This document shows, piece by piece, positions 37,104-49,890 of a stretch of DNA of 64,000 bases. Each line of letters opens with the position of its first letter. The stretch's first letter is position 1. The notes under the pieces were generated by a model. It did not search any database. It was not told the DNA's origin and saw nothing but the letters and a program-made list of their open reading frames with translations. Source of the DNA: Pecten maximus (lineage: Eukaryota); the NCBI RefSeq assembly GCF_902652985.1, contig NC_047029.1:21018001-21082000 (forward strand), read 5' to 3'. Position numbers and translations under genes: made by a program.

Positions 37104-40100
37104 TCACATGGCTACATCGTCAATGTATGGAATGTCCATAACATGTTCTGTTGGCATCTTAGCAGGAGGCTCCATAGCATGGCTTTCTGGTACGTGGTCT
37201 ACGATTGGCTTCTGTGAACTATCGCAAAATGGATTTCTAATAGCGCGGTTACATACCTGATTCTGCTGACGATCCTGGGCAGGATGCTTTCTGGTATTGT
37301 TACATACGGGTTTGGTTGGGGAACTGAAATGGGACAGCTTTATTTTACCACCAGAACTACCATGATGACGACATTTGAGCCCGATACTAAGCCCTGTAGC
37401 GACTTTGGGTCGAAAATCAAACTCCCGAAAAACCTTGTTGGGAGTATCCTCGAAGCTTTTATTCTGATTTACTCCCTGTCCGTGACCCCTCACAAAACCT
37501 GTAGTAGTATACTCTTCTTGATTGCTGTGGTGACCGTACTTTTGGTTTGAATTCGTGCAATCATTACTTCCGCCCAACAGCTGCTGATTCTCCTTACACA
37601 CCCCGTGCATTCCTTGTGGACTGACAATCTGCTTTTCAATGGTGTCTCTGGTATCACTATCACCGGTGTTTCGAGAGTGTTGAACCATTTAGTCTTCCGG
37701 TGTTTGCATCAATTCCAGACAACCCAGAATAAGTTGAGATATCAGGACTCTCAATATTAGATATAACAGAACGAGTGGAGGATTTAGAGATGCCATCTCT
37801 ATGTTGTGGATCAGATGAGACAATCCGATTGGTCAGGTCTCGGAAGGGCACTTTCCGTCGGCGTAGATTGACATGCTGTTTGACAAAATGTGTCATGTAG
37901 TCAGTCGAGTCTCCATCAATTGATGGATCATGCTCAGCTTGTCTCTGCAGTTGAAGGTGAGCTTTAGCCAGTGCTCGTAATGCTGAAAACAGAATGTATT
38001 TCATTGTTTTATATTGTAGACGGAACATTCAATACCAAGCAATTTGAACCGTGTTTGCAAATACTTCTTTTTCTTTAGCATTGCAGTTCCTTCCCGAAAA
38101 ATTGCTTGCTTGTTTACAAGCGAACCCCTACCTTCACATAATACATCTCCCGAATTTTTACACGACAGGTTAACAATTACTTTTTGCTTTGTTTATAATG
38201 GAACTTCTAATTGTTTTATTGCTGGCTCGGCTAGTTGCCCAACTAACCCTTTGACTGTCGTTCTCAGTGTTATTAACTCATGGATAATGTGGCACTGTCC
38301 TCTTCACTTCGAAAAGTGGAATTAATGCAATTTGAGTTTTAACGGAGCGTGTTTGTCCATTCTTCAATGTCTTATTTCAGTTATCTGACTGTGCATTCTT
38401 TTGTTGTGACAGTTTTAATTTCTTTCCAAGAATGAGAAATATTTGGTTTGGAACTATAACCATATTTAGTGAAAAACAAATACGGATACCAACTATATAT
38501 ACATTGAGCATATGCGTGGTTCGGAATTATTGTATACATGTTGATTTTGGTAGCACGATCTTCCAAAAGATCGTTGCCACACCTCCAGAAACAGAAAGTG
38601 TTTCTCTCTTAGCGAGGTGCTTTTTCATATATGGCTGAATTTGTCAAAAGAGTTTAGAAGCAGAGATTTTCAAATCGCAAGAACATATCCAAATGTATGG
38701 ATTAACTGACCCTTCTAAACTATAAATCAAGGAAATTATAGTCGACTCTTCTACATATTTAATTACAACATAACTATCTGGGTCAGTTTACCACTAAGCT
38801 ACATGATAAACATGGAGATTGAATTTCCCCATTATGACTTTTACATTTCTTGATCATAACACCGCTGCTTCCTCATTTCACGATATGTCCATGTCGCAGA
38901 AGATTCTATGTTATGGAATAGTTACAGCGAATATTATTTCAAAGATGTTGACTTCTAACTGAAAAGTAAAGGATTTCCAAAATGATGAAGGTTATGGAGA
39001 AGTTTGTGGTCTCCATCATGACCTCATCAGGGACATAGTTCCTTCCTGCGTGGGTGCAGTAATGTCCCTCATGGCTCTATTATCACTATCCTAGTTCTTA
39101 GCTTGAGAACATGACATTTCATGTTGTCACAGACACAAATAAATCTTTCTGGAGCACATGGACTCGTATTCACGAAACCATACTCATGATAAAATACACA
39201 TTTTGTGCTGGTTGTCAAATATTATGTTTGGTGAGAAATCAGATATCTGAATTTGTATTTCTTCAAAGATTTGAAGGAATTTTGGAAAGATTTCAATTGA
39301 GATATTATTTTTGACGTTGAGTTTTTTTTGTTTTTTTTTTCTTTTAAACTATTTCATAATTAAAAGAGTTTAAATTACTATTGTGTAAAAATAAGCCAAG
39401 AATATTGGAAGCAATAAAGTGTTGTGGTTTTTAGTGTTATGGTGTATTTATTACATGAATTTTGGCTGGTAGTGTGTTAATACAGTGAAACAGAAATTCA
39501 AACGTATTAAATGAAGACCTCTCCACACCAAATTTTCTATAAAATTACTGGACTTGACTGTAAACTCAGTATACTCTTCTTGTACATACATGTATATAGA
39601 GTTATTGGTTAATCTCAGTATATTTATGTACTAACCGGACCAAACAGTTACCTCAGTATATACTGTATAGCCGGTTATTTTTCTCGTAGATTATATTTTG
39701 CTAGTTTGCGGCCCATTGACGGGTCGCGGAAATATGATCTGTGAAATGATAAGACACAGGTTAATTTAACCCACAAAATTAACTGTGATTAAGGCTCATC
39801 ATATTGTATCATCATCAGCTGATTTGGCCGTCTCCAATCACGCAAGGTTATTTCAACAATTATAATTATTCAGAACAGATTATATGCTTATAAATTTTAA
39901 GTTGAATCAACAATCACATTGAAATGTCACACCAAGGTCTAAATTTCTTACCAGTTATGACACACTATAACAGCATTCCAATGTTAAACGGTTTGTAATT
40001 CGAAATCGGGAGCAATATTCCTGAAAATCAGATATCCTTTTATAACCAGATCATGAAATTTTATTTTGCTAAAATGGTATTCTTTCATTAAAAATGAAAA

Positions 40101-43100
40101 TCACTTCATTTTTGACCTGCGAAAATAACCGGCTATACAGTAGATCTATATAGATATCTTTATTGAAGTAACATCAGCATATCTACAAAATTACCTTTTG
40201 TTTTTTATTGTTTACTGGTGTGTAAAATGCATCTTTTTTAACAGATATTTTAACATGACGTGCTAATGTGTGTCATCTATTATATCTGTAAAAAAAAATG
40301 CAGTTTACACACCAGTTAACAACACATACAGAAGAAAAACTAATTTTTAAATATATGATAAGTATTGACGATTTTCTCAATATATTATGTTTAATTACCT
40401 GTATTAATGTCATTCTCTATTTCCTCTTTTACTCCACACAGATTTTCGTGTAACAAATTCAGATCTGAAATGAAATGATCGATACCTATAAACCCAAATA
40501 TACTAATTGGATGCAAAATGTACAAAGTGATTTCTACGTAGTACCCTCCCTATATTAAGTCTGTGGCATTAAGAAGCATCTGAGGAGAATCATGCTAGTC
40601 AGTTCCTGTGATAATAGGACTTCACATATTGATGACAATTTAAATTAGAGACAAAATCTCACCAAATCATATAATTCCTTTTTTCTATAAATTGTCTGCC
40701 ATAAATTTATGCAATATCAATATCATCTTCTGTTTCTTTAAGAAAACAAATGTAATTTATAATAATATTTGTGTACACTGTCTATTCATTTGTTTTAAAA
40801 AAAAAATGTAATATTTTCTTGGCGAAATCTTTCAAAATTGTTTGTTGGTTTTTGTTTAATGTCCTATTTACAGCCAGGGTCATTTAAGGATGTGCCAGGT
40901 TTTGGAGGTGGAGGAAAGCCGGAGTACCCAGAGAAAAACCACCGGCCTACGGTCAGTACCTGGCAACTGCCCCACTTAGGTTTCGAACTCACAACCCAGA
41001 GGTGGAGGGCTAGTGATAAAGTGTCGGGACACCTTAACCACTTGGCCATCGCGGCCCATATCATTCAATACACAAGGAATAGCTTTAAAATCCAGTCATT
41101 TTTTTAAATGATACACACAAAATAGCATTGTGAAGGCTAATTTTATGAGTTCAACGTCGCTTGTGGCTTCCATCGATGTACAAGTGAAAATACTGGTCAG
41201 TAATTAGTCAGGGCACGGTGAACTTACAATTCATGGTGTTTGCTTAAAATCGACCATGCATACCTGATATTATTTGAATCAATAAAGGCTAAAAGTAAAT
41301 CTGAACACAGGTAATCATTGTTTATTTCACACCTGATTGCATTTCACACCCCAGCGGGATATGCAAAGAAAGAAAATGGGGGAACTTGATAAATCCTGAG
41401 TGTTTCAAGTGCAACTGTATCGAGAATTCCTAACGGAATTTTCCGAATGTAAACGACGAAAACCCATTTCTTAAAAGTAGTATAGGGCAAATTTAAAACG
41501 GGGCGAATATCTTTTGTGTTGCTCAAGGGCAAAAATATACAGTAATTGCAGAGTTTATACACAAGAAATATGTCATGTTACATAAATGTAAAAACAAAAT
41601 TCATTAGCCTGGTATTACAATACTGACCATGGTAATAAGGCTCAATAAGGTTTACTTACCAGCAACGATCGCCACCATCTCGTTGACCTCTGTGTCCAGT
41701 GTGGGACCAGTCATCAGGGACAACTGTATATACCTCTGTAGCTTCTTCAAGGATCTGGTCCAATAACAACATGAAAAAAACATAGTTTACAGTATACTTG
41801 TTGCTCCTTGCATATTTCCTTCAGAATAAAAACATTCCTGCATTAATATGGATCCTGACTTATCAGTGAAGGTTCGTTTGAGATATACGCATAAAAGTTC
41901 CTGTATTAATAAGGATCCTGACTTATCAGTGAAGGTTCGTTTGAGATATATGCCATACCTTTGTTCAGCACTATCATCCAAGTGTATGTTCAGTAAGCGT
42001 GTTGTCAGTAGATGCAACCTTTTCCTCCATTCTACAGCTTCTGCAAGGGAGGCAACTCCAGATCTGATCTGATATTGTGTTGAACTGTGAGAGATCAAGA
42101 GACAAGAGACATTAAAAACACTGGCTATTAACAGTCATTCATAAATTCACATTTTATTCTTTCCATTATATATCATGATATATTACTATCTGGATTCCAC
42201 AAGAACAGTTTTTGTTTACTGATTACGCTTTCAACGATCTTTTACACATTTCACAGGAATGTGACATGCTTTCAATGATTTTTTTTTCACATTTCTAAGG
42301 AATGTGACAAATTACTACCAGAATTACAATTTTTATCTTCCAATAGTGGAGTAAATTTTTTTCAAGTTGATAATTGAAAAATGTATCATCCATTACATGT
42401 TGCAACTCACTGGATTTTATTTACATTTAGCATATCACATGAATGAATATTTGAAAAATTATGATTTGCCGAAAAATGCCAGCAATTGAATCAATCTTAT
42501 AAAATTTCATGAAAAAAAAATTAAGAAAAATAATTAATGAATGCTTGAATATGCAGGAAAGTCTGTAGGACACACTACCATTAAACATTTTGAGGCATCT
42601 TTCATTCTGATACTATAAAAAAAATACCTCACCCTTCTTGTCCTAAGCTTCTGTGCATTTCCTTTTTGATGGTGATGATTTCTTCTTTAAGCTCAGCGAG
42701 ATGCCTAGACTTGACTTGGTACTCCGATTTTAACTTCTGTGTTAAGTTCTGTAATGATGAAATTGTCAAAACTTTTTTTTTAAATGTGTGGATAGAATCT
42801 TCATAAGGTCAGGTTGCCATATTTGATTTCTAAATAAAACACAAAACATGATTAATTATTTCTGTCATTGTACTTTATCACAGCGTCATTCACTAGAGAA
42901 TTATCTGGCAAATATTCACACAAATTATTGCAGGGCTTTTTCTCACTTGTTTGGGAAGGGTCCTTTTTGTCTCATTTTGGGAAGAAAATTGGTGAATTGG
43001 GAAAGATTTTTTCAGGAGTAAACTGCAAATTTTGGGAATTTGGATTTAATTCCAATTGGGAATGGGACCCATTAACGGCCCCAGAAAGCCCTCAGAAAAA

Positions 43101-44654
43101 GCCCTGTATTGATTTATTCCAACTAATAACAGTAATTAAATAAAAACCGGCTGGGAAAAAGACACTACTGTGCTGTCCGTGTTGTGTAGGGAACCATATC
43201 TTCCACTTAGTATAAAACCTGACCGGTCTCGTAACTAAGACATAACTCAACAGTGGAAAAGTGAGCAGAGTTTGCAGCCCTTTATAAAGAGTTGCATAGG
43301 GTGGCGAAGGGTGGCGCAGAAAACTTCCAAAGGAGAGCTACAAAACTCATACCTAGATTTATAAACTTGACATACCCTGAATGCAATCTAATTAAAATTA
43401 GACTTGTAATTTTCACTTCTCAACGATACACTACAATACAAGTATTGCAGTGTATCGTAGAGGAACGGAAATTACAAGTCTAATTTTAATTAGATTGACC
43501 CTGAATGCTTCCAGAGATTAGACCTGCCAACCTTAGGACATCGAAGGAAAAGAGAGGAATGAATCAAAGTATTTAAAATCCTGAAAACTATCTGTGATGA
43601 ATGAGTCACAACACCTACAATTCTGTATGTTCCAAATGGATACCATCAGCAGGACAAGAAGACATTCACTAAAAATATTCAATAAGCAATGTAACCTGGA
43701 CATCAGGAATTACTTCTTTTTTTTTATAGCTTTTATGTTGTAGATGCCTGGAACAACAGCATGTTATAAAATGTAAAACAATTTGAAATTCTACTGGACA
43801 AAAATTGGGGAAAATGCCAACAAACAATTTAGCTATATTTACATTTTTTTAAATGTAGATAGAAAATACATTTTAATTACACCAGAAGTATTAAAATGTT
43901 AAGTAGATATCTATTAGATGTAAATGCTTTAATATCAATTGATATGGATATAGAGCTTTACAGTCTGCATCCATTATTTATCGTATTAAAAATGCTTCGC
44001 TTGTATACTTACCTTGTTAAACATACTAAGTTAAAACCCAATGACTCAACTCCAATATTATTAGAGGTTTAAAAGACAGGAAAATTTTGACAGGCTGTCA
44101 TGTAATATCCACCAATGTAATCAGGTGGAATAAGACGTCATATACGTACATGTATAGGAGTACCAATGACCCATGAAGAGCCGTGCACGAGTTCTGTTAC
44201 ATTTTTTTGTAAGTCAGTCATGTCCTTCGAATTCGGCGATGGGTTAAAATCCTGTTTTTTAATATCTTCCTCTTTCATCTAAACGATAATGCACCCACCA
44301 TGCATTATATCTACAATGTGTATTATGTCAGCAGAAACTGAATGGCATACGCGTATCCGTCCTCTTTCCCTCCAACAGTCCAACGGGCCCAACACTGCTC
44401 GTTTTTCTTCTAGTCAATATGATTCCTTTGGAGAATGACAACGAGTTTAGCGCGTAAATACATGAAAATAAATATCTAGAGTCTAACATCAATGTATATT
44501 TAACGTTACCTTTCTTTGGATTTCTTCCATTTTCAATAAGCATTTGTACGTTCCAAAAGCAGATTTTGTGTTGCCCGCCTATTAATGCCGGATGTTTACT
44601 TTTTGTGCTAAAATTTGAGTAGTATGTACTGGTTTGGGGATCCGGACTGAACAT
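37104..44654 (-). CDS. Multi-exon gene for an unrecognised coiled-coil protein with D-box-like motif; 5' end uncertain; frameshift in last exon
   Basis: Phase-consistent AG/GT exons 44654-44510, 44409-44351, 44278-44150, 42748-42633, 42084-41959, 41754-41660, 40464-40399 and 37982-37660 give ...GTPIH|NLTQKLKSEYQVKSRHLAELKEEIITIKKEMHRSLGQEG|STQYQIRSGVASLAEAVEWRKRLHLL...EQR|SLKKLQRYIQLSLMTGPTLDTEVNEMVAIVA|DLNLLHENLCGVKEEIENDINT|ALRALAKAHLQLQ...RRKVPFRDLTNR... An overlapping frame continues 37688-37104. The last five exons are well supported, the first three less so. Confidence 0.75.
38050..39100 (-). mobile_element. Possible highly decayed KDZ/Zisupton-like transposase fossil in an intron
   Basis: Fragments PCLSC, FGYVL, PYMKKH and NHAYAQC occur in roughly the order expected for KDZ transposases; weak. 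Confidence 0.25.
39663..40140. mobile_element. MITE with TA TSD (Tc1/mariner type)
   Basis: TA|CTGTATAGCCGGTTATTTT ... AAAATAACCGGCTATACAG|TA. Confidence 0.85.
40838..41057 (-). mobile_element. V-SINE, second copy (intronic)
   Basis: Near-identical to 23212-23437; A and B boxes and V-core present. Confidence 0.9.
41828..41957. repeat. 63-bp tandem duplication next to the exon donor at 41958
   Basis: GGATCCTGACTTATCAGTGAAGGTTCGTTTGAGATATA at 41850 and 41913. Confidence 0.85.
42931..43106. mobile_element. 176-bp MITE, TIR CAGGGCTTTTTC, apparent 5-bp TSD TATTG
   Basis: TATTG|CAGGGCTTTTTCT ... AGAAAAAGCCCTG|TATTG. Confidence 0.8.
43315..43850 (+). mobile_element. Decayed 3' fragment of a CR1 LINE
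   Basis: ENFQRRATKLIPRFINLTYPE|...LDLPTLGHRRKR...RTRRHSLKIF...RNYFF..VVDAWN, matching the CR1 ORF2 C-terminus. Confidence 0.75.
43384..43497. mobile_element. 114-bp hairpin MITE with 10-bp TSD (Mutator-like) nested in the CR1 fragment
   Basis: ACCCTGAATG|CAATCTAATTAAAATTAGACTTGTAATTT ... AAATTACAAGTCTAATTTTAATTAGATTG|ACCCTGAATG. Confidence 0.9.
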
Positions 44655-45916
44655 TTTCTCAACTAAAGTTCTACACAGCGAAATAATAAATCTTGACTAT
44701 GAAGTATAATGTTACATCAAACGTTTGGGCACATCTTCAATAAATCTTTCCATTATTTCTTTCATAGTTGTTCTTTAAACCGGTTGTCGCGGAAATTGAA
44801 ATGCACCACAAATATGTTACATTTGTTGCAAAAAAAATGTTTTTTGCTAAGACTGTTTCATAAAAAGACAGGAGATTATGTAATAATAAGGATGTAAATA
44901 GCCCAATTTTCTATAAATGTTTAATGGTTGCAGACAATTAATTCTATATTTCTTTTTATATTACATAAGTCTAATTCAGTTGAGATATACATACTTTACC
45001 ACAGTTTAGATTTTGAGTTTGTACGTTCAGTTGTTATGGTTACGAAGCGTGAGTGGCATGGCGATCTCCATTCGTCGACATGGTCATATTTGATATACAT
45101 ATATTTTCCTAATCGTAAAACAGTCTTACAAGGCGTGTCTTATCACAAAGATGGACAAATAATTGATGCTACTTTTTTTTAACATAGTGATAGAATCTAT
45201 ACAGACTTATTGTTTTAAAGAATATTAGTCTAGTCCTCTTCTTTGTAAAAACCCACTGTTAAAATCCGGCGGCACCGGTGAAATTATCATATTTAGATAT
45301 AACTGGTCGTGCGTTCAAAGTTGTATTTCAAAAAGAAGAGATATATAATGCAAAATGTATTTGGATCTGAGAAATCAACGTTTACATTTTTGTACATGCA
45401 CATCACACAGGAACCAGCCCATGTTCCTCACACTACTTGTACTGCTGTCGCCGTTGTACCATATCCGTCTGGAATAAACACTCACAGTCGACCATGATGT
45501 CATATTTCCATATAGAATGCTTACAACCGATAAACGCAGAACGCAAGCTAATCACAACCATGGTTTGAATTCGAGGCCGCGTCACAACTACTTTTGATAT
45601 ACAGCTGCTTGTGTTTACAATTCTTCTTCTTAATGGTTTGCTAATTCCGTCAGAAACGACGGTTATATTATCAGGGTTGATATATACAGTGATTTTTTTA
45701 TGTGCAGATAAGATGAAGGTAAAAAAAATGAGTGATTTTGATTGGTGTGTGAGGACTTCAAGGGCTACGTAGGGTTTTGTGCCTTGAAGTCCTCAAGTGT
45801 AGTGCATTGTACTGCTGCTACAGGAAGGAGAGTCTAGTTGTTGGAGTGTATGATTGTGGAGAGCGTTATCATTGTGTATTTTGTATGGGGCGCCGTTTTA
45901 CTATTTATTAACAAAA

Positions 45917-46103
45917 CTGGATATCCATAATTCGAATTTATGATATCATTAAATAATTTTGGATATCCAAAATTCGAATTATGGATATCCAAAATTCGAA
46001 TTATGGATATCCTAAATTCAAAACATTTTAAGATATCCTAAATTCGAATTATGGATATCCAGAAATGAATTATGGATATCCTAAATTCGAATTATAGATA
46101 TCC
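45917..46103. repeat. 22-bp minisatellite TGGATATCCAAAATTCGAATTA (~8 units)
   Basis: GGATATCC recurs with period ~22. Confidence 0.9.
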
Positions 46104-46149
46104 TTTTTTTTTTCAAATGTAAGCGTGCAGAGTTTGCAAGTTTTATAGC

Positions 46150-46420
46150 CTGATCATTAATCCCGAGAAACTTCATCATCCAATCGGTTTCCCATTTTGC
46201 TGCTGCATAGGCCTTCTTGTAGTTTTATTGTGTCGTTCTTGTTGTGATTTGTTTTGTATATGATACTTTCGTCGGTTGTATGTATTCACGGAAGTCGTTA
46301 ATATAAACGAGGAAAAGGAAAGGTCCCAAACAGGTTCCTTGGGGGACTCCTGATGTAAAATTGTGAGAAAAGTTTCGGTGTTGTACTGGTACAATTGCTA
46401 AGAATTACGATCACCCTTAC
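46150..46420 (-). mobile_element. LINE RT fragment (second family)
   Basis: SGVPQGTCLGPFLFLVYIND, then DESIIYK...LQEGL and KWETDWMMKF, with frameshifts. Confidence 0.7.
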
Positions 46421-46449
46421 AAAGAACGTCTACGTCGACTGGACAGTAC

Positions 46450-47830
46450 CATAACAAATTGAGCAATGAGTGTTCTTCTTAGTAAACTTACATTAAGGGA
46501 CAAATTAGGAAAAAATGATAGCAGTTTTCACAGGGATGCCCACATTGACAATCAGACGAATCTACTTAGCTCTAAAAATATCGTACTTTAGTGAACATGC
46601 TCGATTTCTTAGTTGGCTGTGAAGAATGTATTGTTTACGTACTGACATAAATTTGTTACATGAAGGAACTTAGAGAAGGGGAGTTTCTAATACTTAGTAC
46701 TGTTATTCGAGTCGTTTCAAAGTTTGAAGCAGAAGAAAAGAAAGAGTTTTTAGACAGTTGTAAACAAATAGTCGCTCTCTAAGTAAATGTGCATTTCAAG
46801 CAAATTATAAGAAGCTATATTTCCAATATACATTAGCATTAAGTCGATGAGAAAATCAGGTGACTGATTATTAACTATTGAATAAAATAAAGACACTTTT
46901 CGAGCGTCTCTTCTCTTTGCAAGGAGTAACCATCCGGTTTCTCCATATAAGAAATATGGGGTTTTTTTTGTAAATAAGGGAAGCCCTGTGACTATTCCTG
47001 CGGTTTCTAAGTTTATTTTTTCTAATAACAATGAATTTGTTTTACCGCAGTTGTCCCAAAATTCGCATGCATAATCAAGTAGAGGTCGTATGTAAGTAAA
47101 ATACATTTTTTCTAGTGAATTTCTATTTAAAATAAGTTTTGATTTACGAAGGGTAGCTAGCTATATATTTGTTACTTTATTAACTATGTATTCTACATGA
47201 ATATTCCATTTACAATCAGTGGCAAGGATAACTCCTAAGTATTTATACTGGTTAGTGATCTGGATGGGGGTATTGTCAAATGTGAAGAACGGAACAAATA
47301 GAAGCTGCCTATTTGAGTCTCAGTTTTGGTAGGGTTAAAGGGGAACATCGGCAATTCTTTGGACCAAACTTCAAGTTTTTTTCAAATAACTTTTTGCCTC
47401 AGCTTCAATAATATTTAAGTTATTGGACGAATAGCAAGAAGAGATATCATCTGCGAAAAGCCTAGACAGAGGAGAAAGATCACAGAAAATAGCATTTATG
47501 TATAATAGGAAGAAACGTGGACCGAGAACTGAACCTCGAGGAACACCAGCATTATGGTCTTAAATGAGGATAGCGAATCGTTAAAGAAAACATATTGTTT
47601 TCGTTGTGCCACACGCGGCCAAGGTCTTTGAAAAATCACATAAAAAATTAAATAGAATGCTTGTAATTTTCTAAAGAAGTAATTATTGAATGATACAGCC
47701 CAATAAGCTGATGAGTAGTTCAATGGTTTGATAGAAACTCAGACTGATACTTATGAATGAGGCCATTTTCGATTAAGAAGTTATAAACATCATTATAAAC
47801 TACACGCTCAAAACGTTTACCTATACAACT
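46450..47830 (-). mobile_element. Decayed CR1/L2-group LINE related to 27822-30236
   Basis: NFLIENGLIHKYQS, RVWH, LSRLFADDISL, YKYLG, YIRPLLDYACEFWDNC...LEKINLETAGIVTGLP and CQCGHPCENCYHFFLICP; multiple stops. Confidence 0.85.
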
Positions 47831-48199
47831 TAGCAACGAGATGGGTCAGTAGACTATGCTTGCGTCGTTGGCCATAAGAATACGCATGGCATCGGCAGTT
47901 TGCAGTTGTCAGGAAATATTCAAGAGGACAAAGAATAATTTGATATAAAAGAAAGCGGTATAGAAATTTCACTGGATAGTAATTTTCTTTAGATAGCAAA
48001 ATCCCCATTGACCATGTCAAACGAATATACCCTGTGGGACTTGAAATCAAGGACACGACAGACTCTTCAATATCAACTGCTTATAGAAACACCCTTGCTT
48101 CCCTACACATACATGTAGTGTTTTAGGTCTCATTTGATTCAATGTCCCATTATCACGATTTCCGTGAAAGATGCCAACCTTAGTCATTACCTTCGTAAT

Positions 48200-48730
48200 C
48201 TTACGAAAAGAAGCAGGTTGGTCGTTGTCATAGGGAAGTGTTTTGGTCGACATTATAATCGCACCAGGACATATTCAATTATATGTGTTGTAGAAAGTCA
48301 GGAGTGTGTGATGCTTGTTGATATGAGTGGTGGTGCGGTTGTCACCAATGTTGCTAGTTCTTACTGTGAGGATATCACTTAACTCATTTCACCTATATTG
48401 GTGCATGGCTGTCGTCATGACCTAGATTGGTACGGTGGCTGTCGTCGTGACCTAGATTTGTACGGCGGCTGTCGTTATGACCTAGATTGGTACGGTGGCT
48501 GTCGTTATGACCTAGATTGGCACAGCGGCTGTCGTTATGACCTATATTGGCACGGTGGCTGTCGTTATGACCTAGATTGGTACGGAGGCTGTCGTCGTGA
48601 CCTAGATTGGTACGGCGGCTGTCGTCGTGACCTAGATTGGTACGGCGGCTGTCGTCGTGACCTAGATTGGTACGGCGGCTGTCGTCGATGATACAGAAGA
48701 CGCTTACTCTTCCCATACACCTGGTCGTTT
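48200..48730 (+). mobile_element. Possible Penelope-like element 3' remnant hosting the 30-bp minisatellite
   Basis: KRSRLVVVIGKCFGRHYN resembles the RL...KFYGRH C-terminal motif of mollusc PLE-like RTs. The GACGCTTACTCTTCC..ACACCTGGTC motif (~48699-48727) also occurs at ~34229-34256. Confidence 0.35.
48406..48688. repeat. 30-bp minisatellite GGCTGTCGTCGTGACCTAGATTGGTACGGC (~9 units)
   Basis: CCTAGATT recurs every 30 bp from 48421 to 48661. Confidence 0.95.
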
Positions 48731-49890
48731 CTTGTACTTTTCTATTGGTATCCATGTAAATCTATATTTTGCTCGTGTTATGTCATACTCTCAACTGATT
48801 GCACATACAGCTCACAGCTAGGATCACAGAAGTACATGTCTATACTAACTTCAACCGACCAGTTTATTATACAGATATGAACACATGTGGAAATAATGTT
48901 TCATAACTTCTAGGTATCTATGGAAGTTATAAACAGGTAAAGGGGATGGAATTTACTGAAGATATTTCCAGAGACAGGTGTTCTGAAAATTACAATTTGA
49001 CACGATATTTACAAGTACACGGACTTTTTTTCGTTGTGCATAATTGTGAGCAAAACGGCTTACATGTGCGAAAAGTATTCATAACCTGTAAGATGCATAA
49101 ATACATGTAAACATGAATATAAATGTAAACGAAGATTGATTATCAGAGAGACTCGCTCTGATGTACGTTGCCGAAAGTATGAGAAGAATATGTTGAAATG
49201 AGAAATGACAGTTAACATACCGGGGCTTCTAATGGTCGATTCCATCTGAACGTACATTATGGAAGAATAAAACTTGAACTTTCCATGGCAATCAACACAA
49301 TACACTACATGTACATTATTTATGAAGGGGTTTAAGTATACATGAATATCAAAACAAGTACTGTATATGATTTCGTTCCGGTTTAGAACTGGCCCTCTTT
49401 CTGTATGGAAACCGGTATGTGGTTTCGAAAAAATTAATTGTCATCTTCTGACATGTTTTTCCGGTAGTATTTACAAGTGTGGTTAATTTGGTGTTCTCAT
49501 CCTTTAGATGGTGTTATATTTCCTTTCGTCTTTTCCTGCTTTCCTGTTCTGATATGCAAGATGATATGATTTTAGGGCAAAAAATTACAATTAATTATTA
49601 AATTATCACTTCTTGGAGTAAATTCAAATTTAATAATATTTTTTTATTTTTGCTATTGCGCCAATTTAGGAAAAGAGGGTGGTGTGATATTTGTGGTATA
49701 ACAGTGATGAGAAGTATGAATAGAATTGGACCCAATACTCTTACTTGAGAAAATGAGATGATGTAGGAATTTCGATGACGAGTCGTTTTGTTTTGTTTTG
49801 TTTATCAAATATACGCTTATAAAAGGCCGTTAACTGCTATTGCTATCACCAAGGGTGCAATTCTATCTGTCACCTATTCTGCATTTATAT

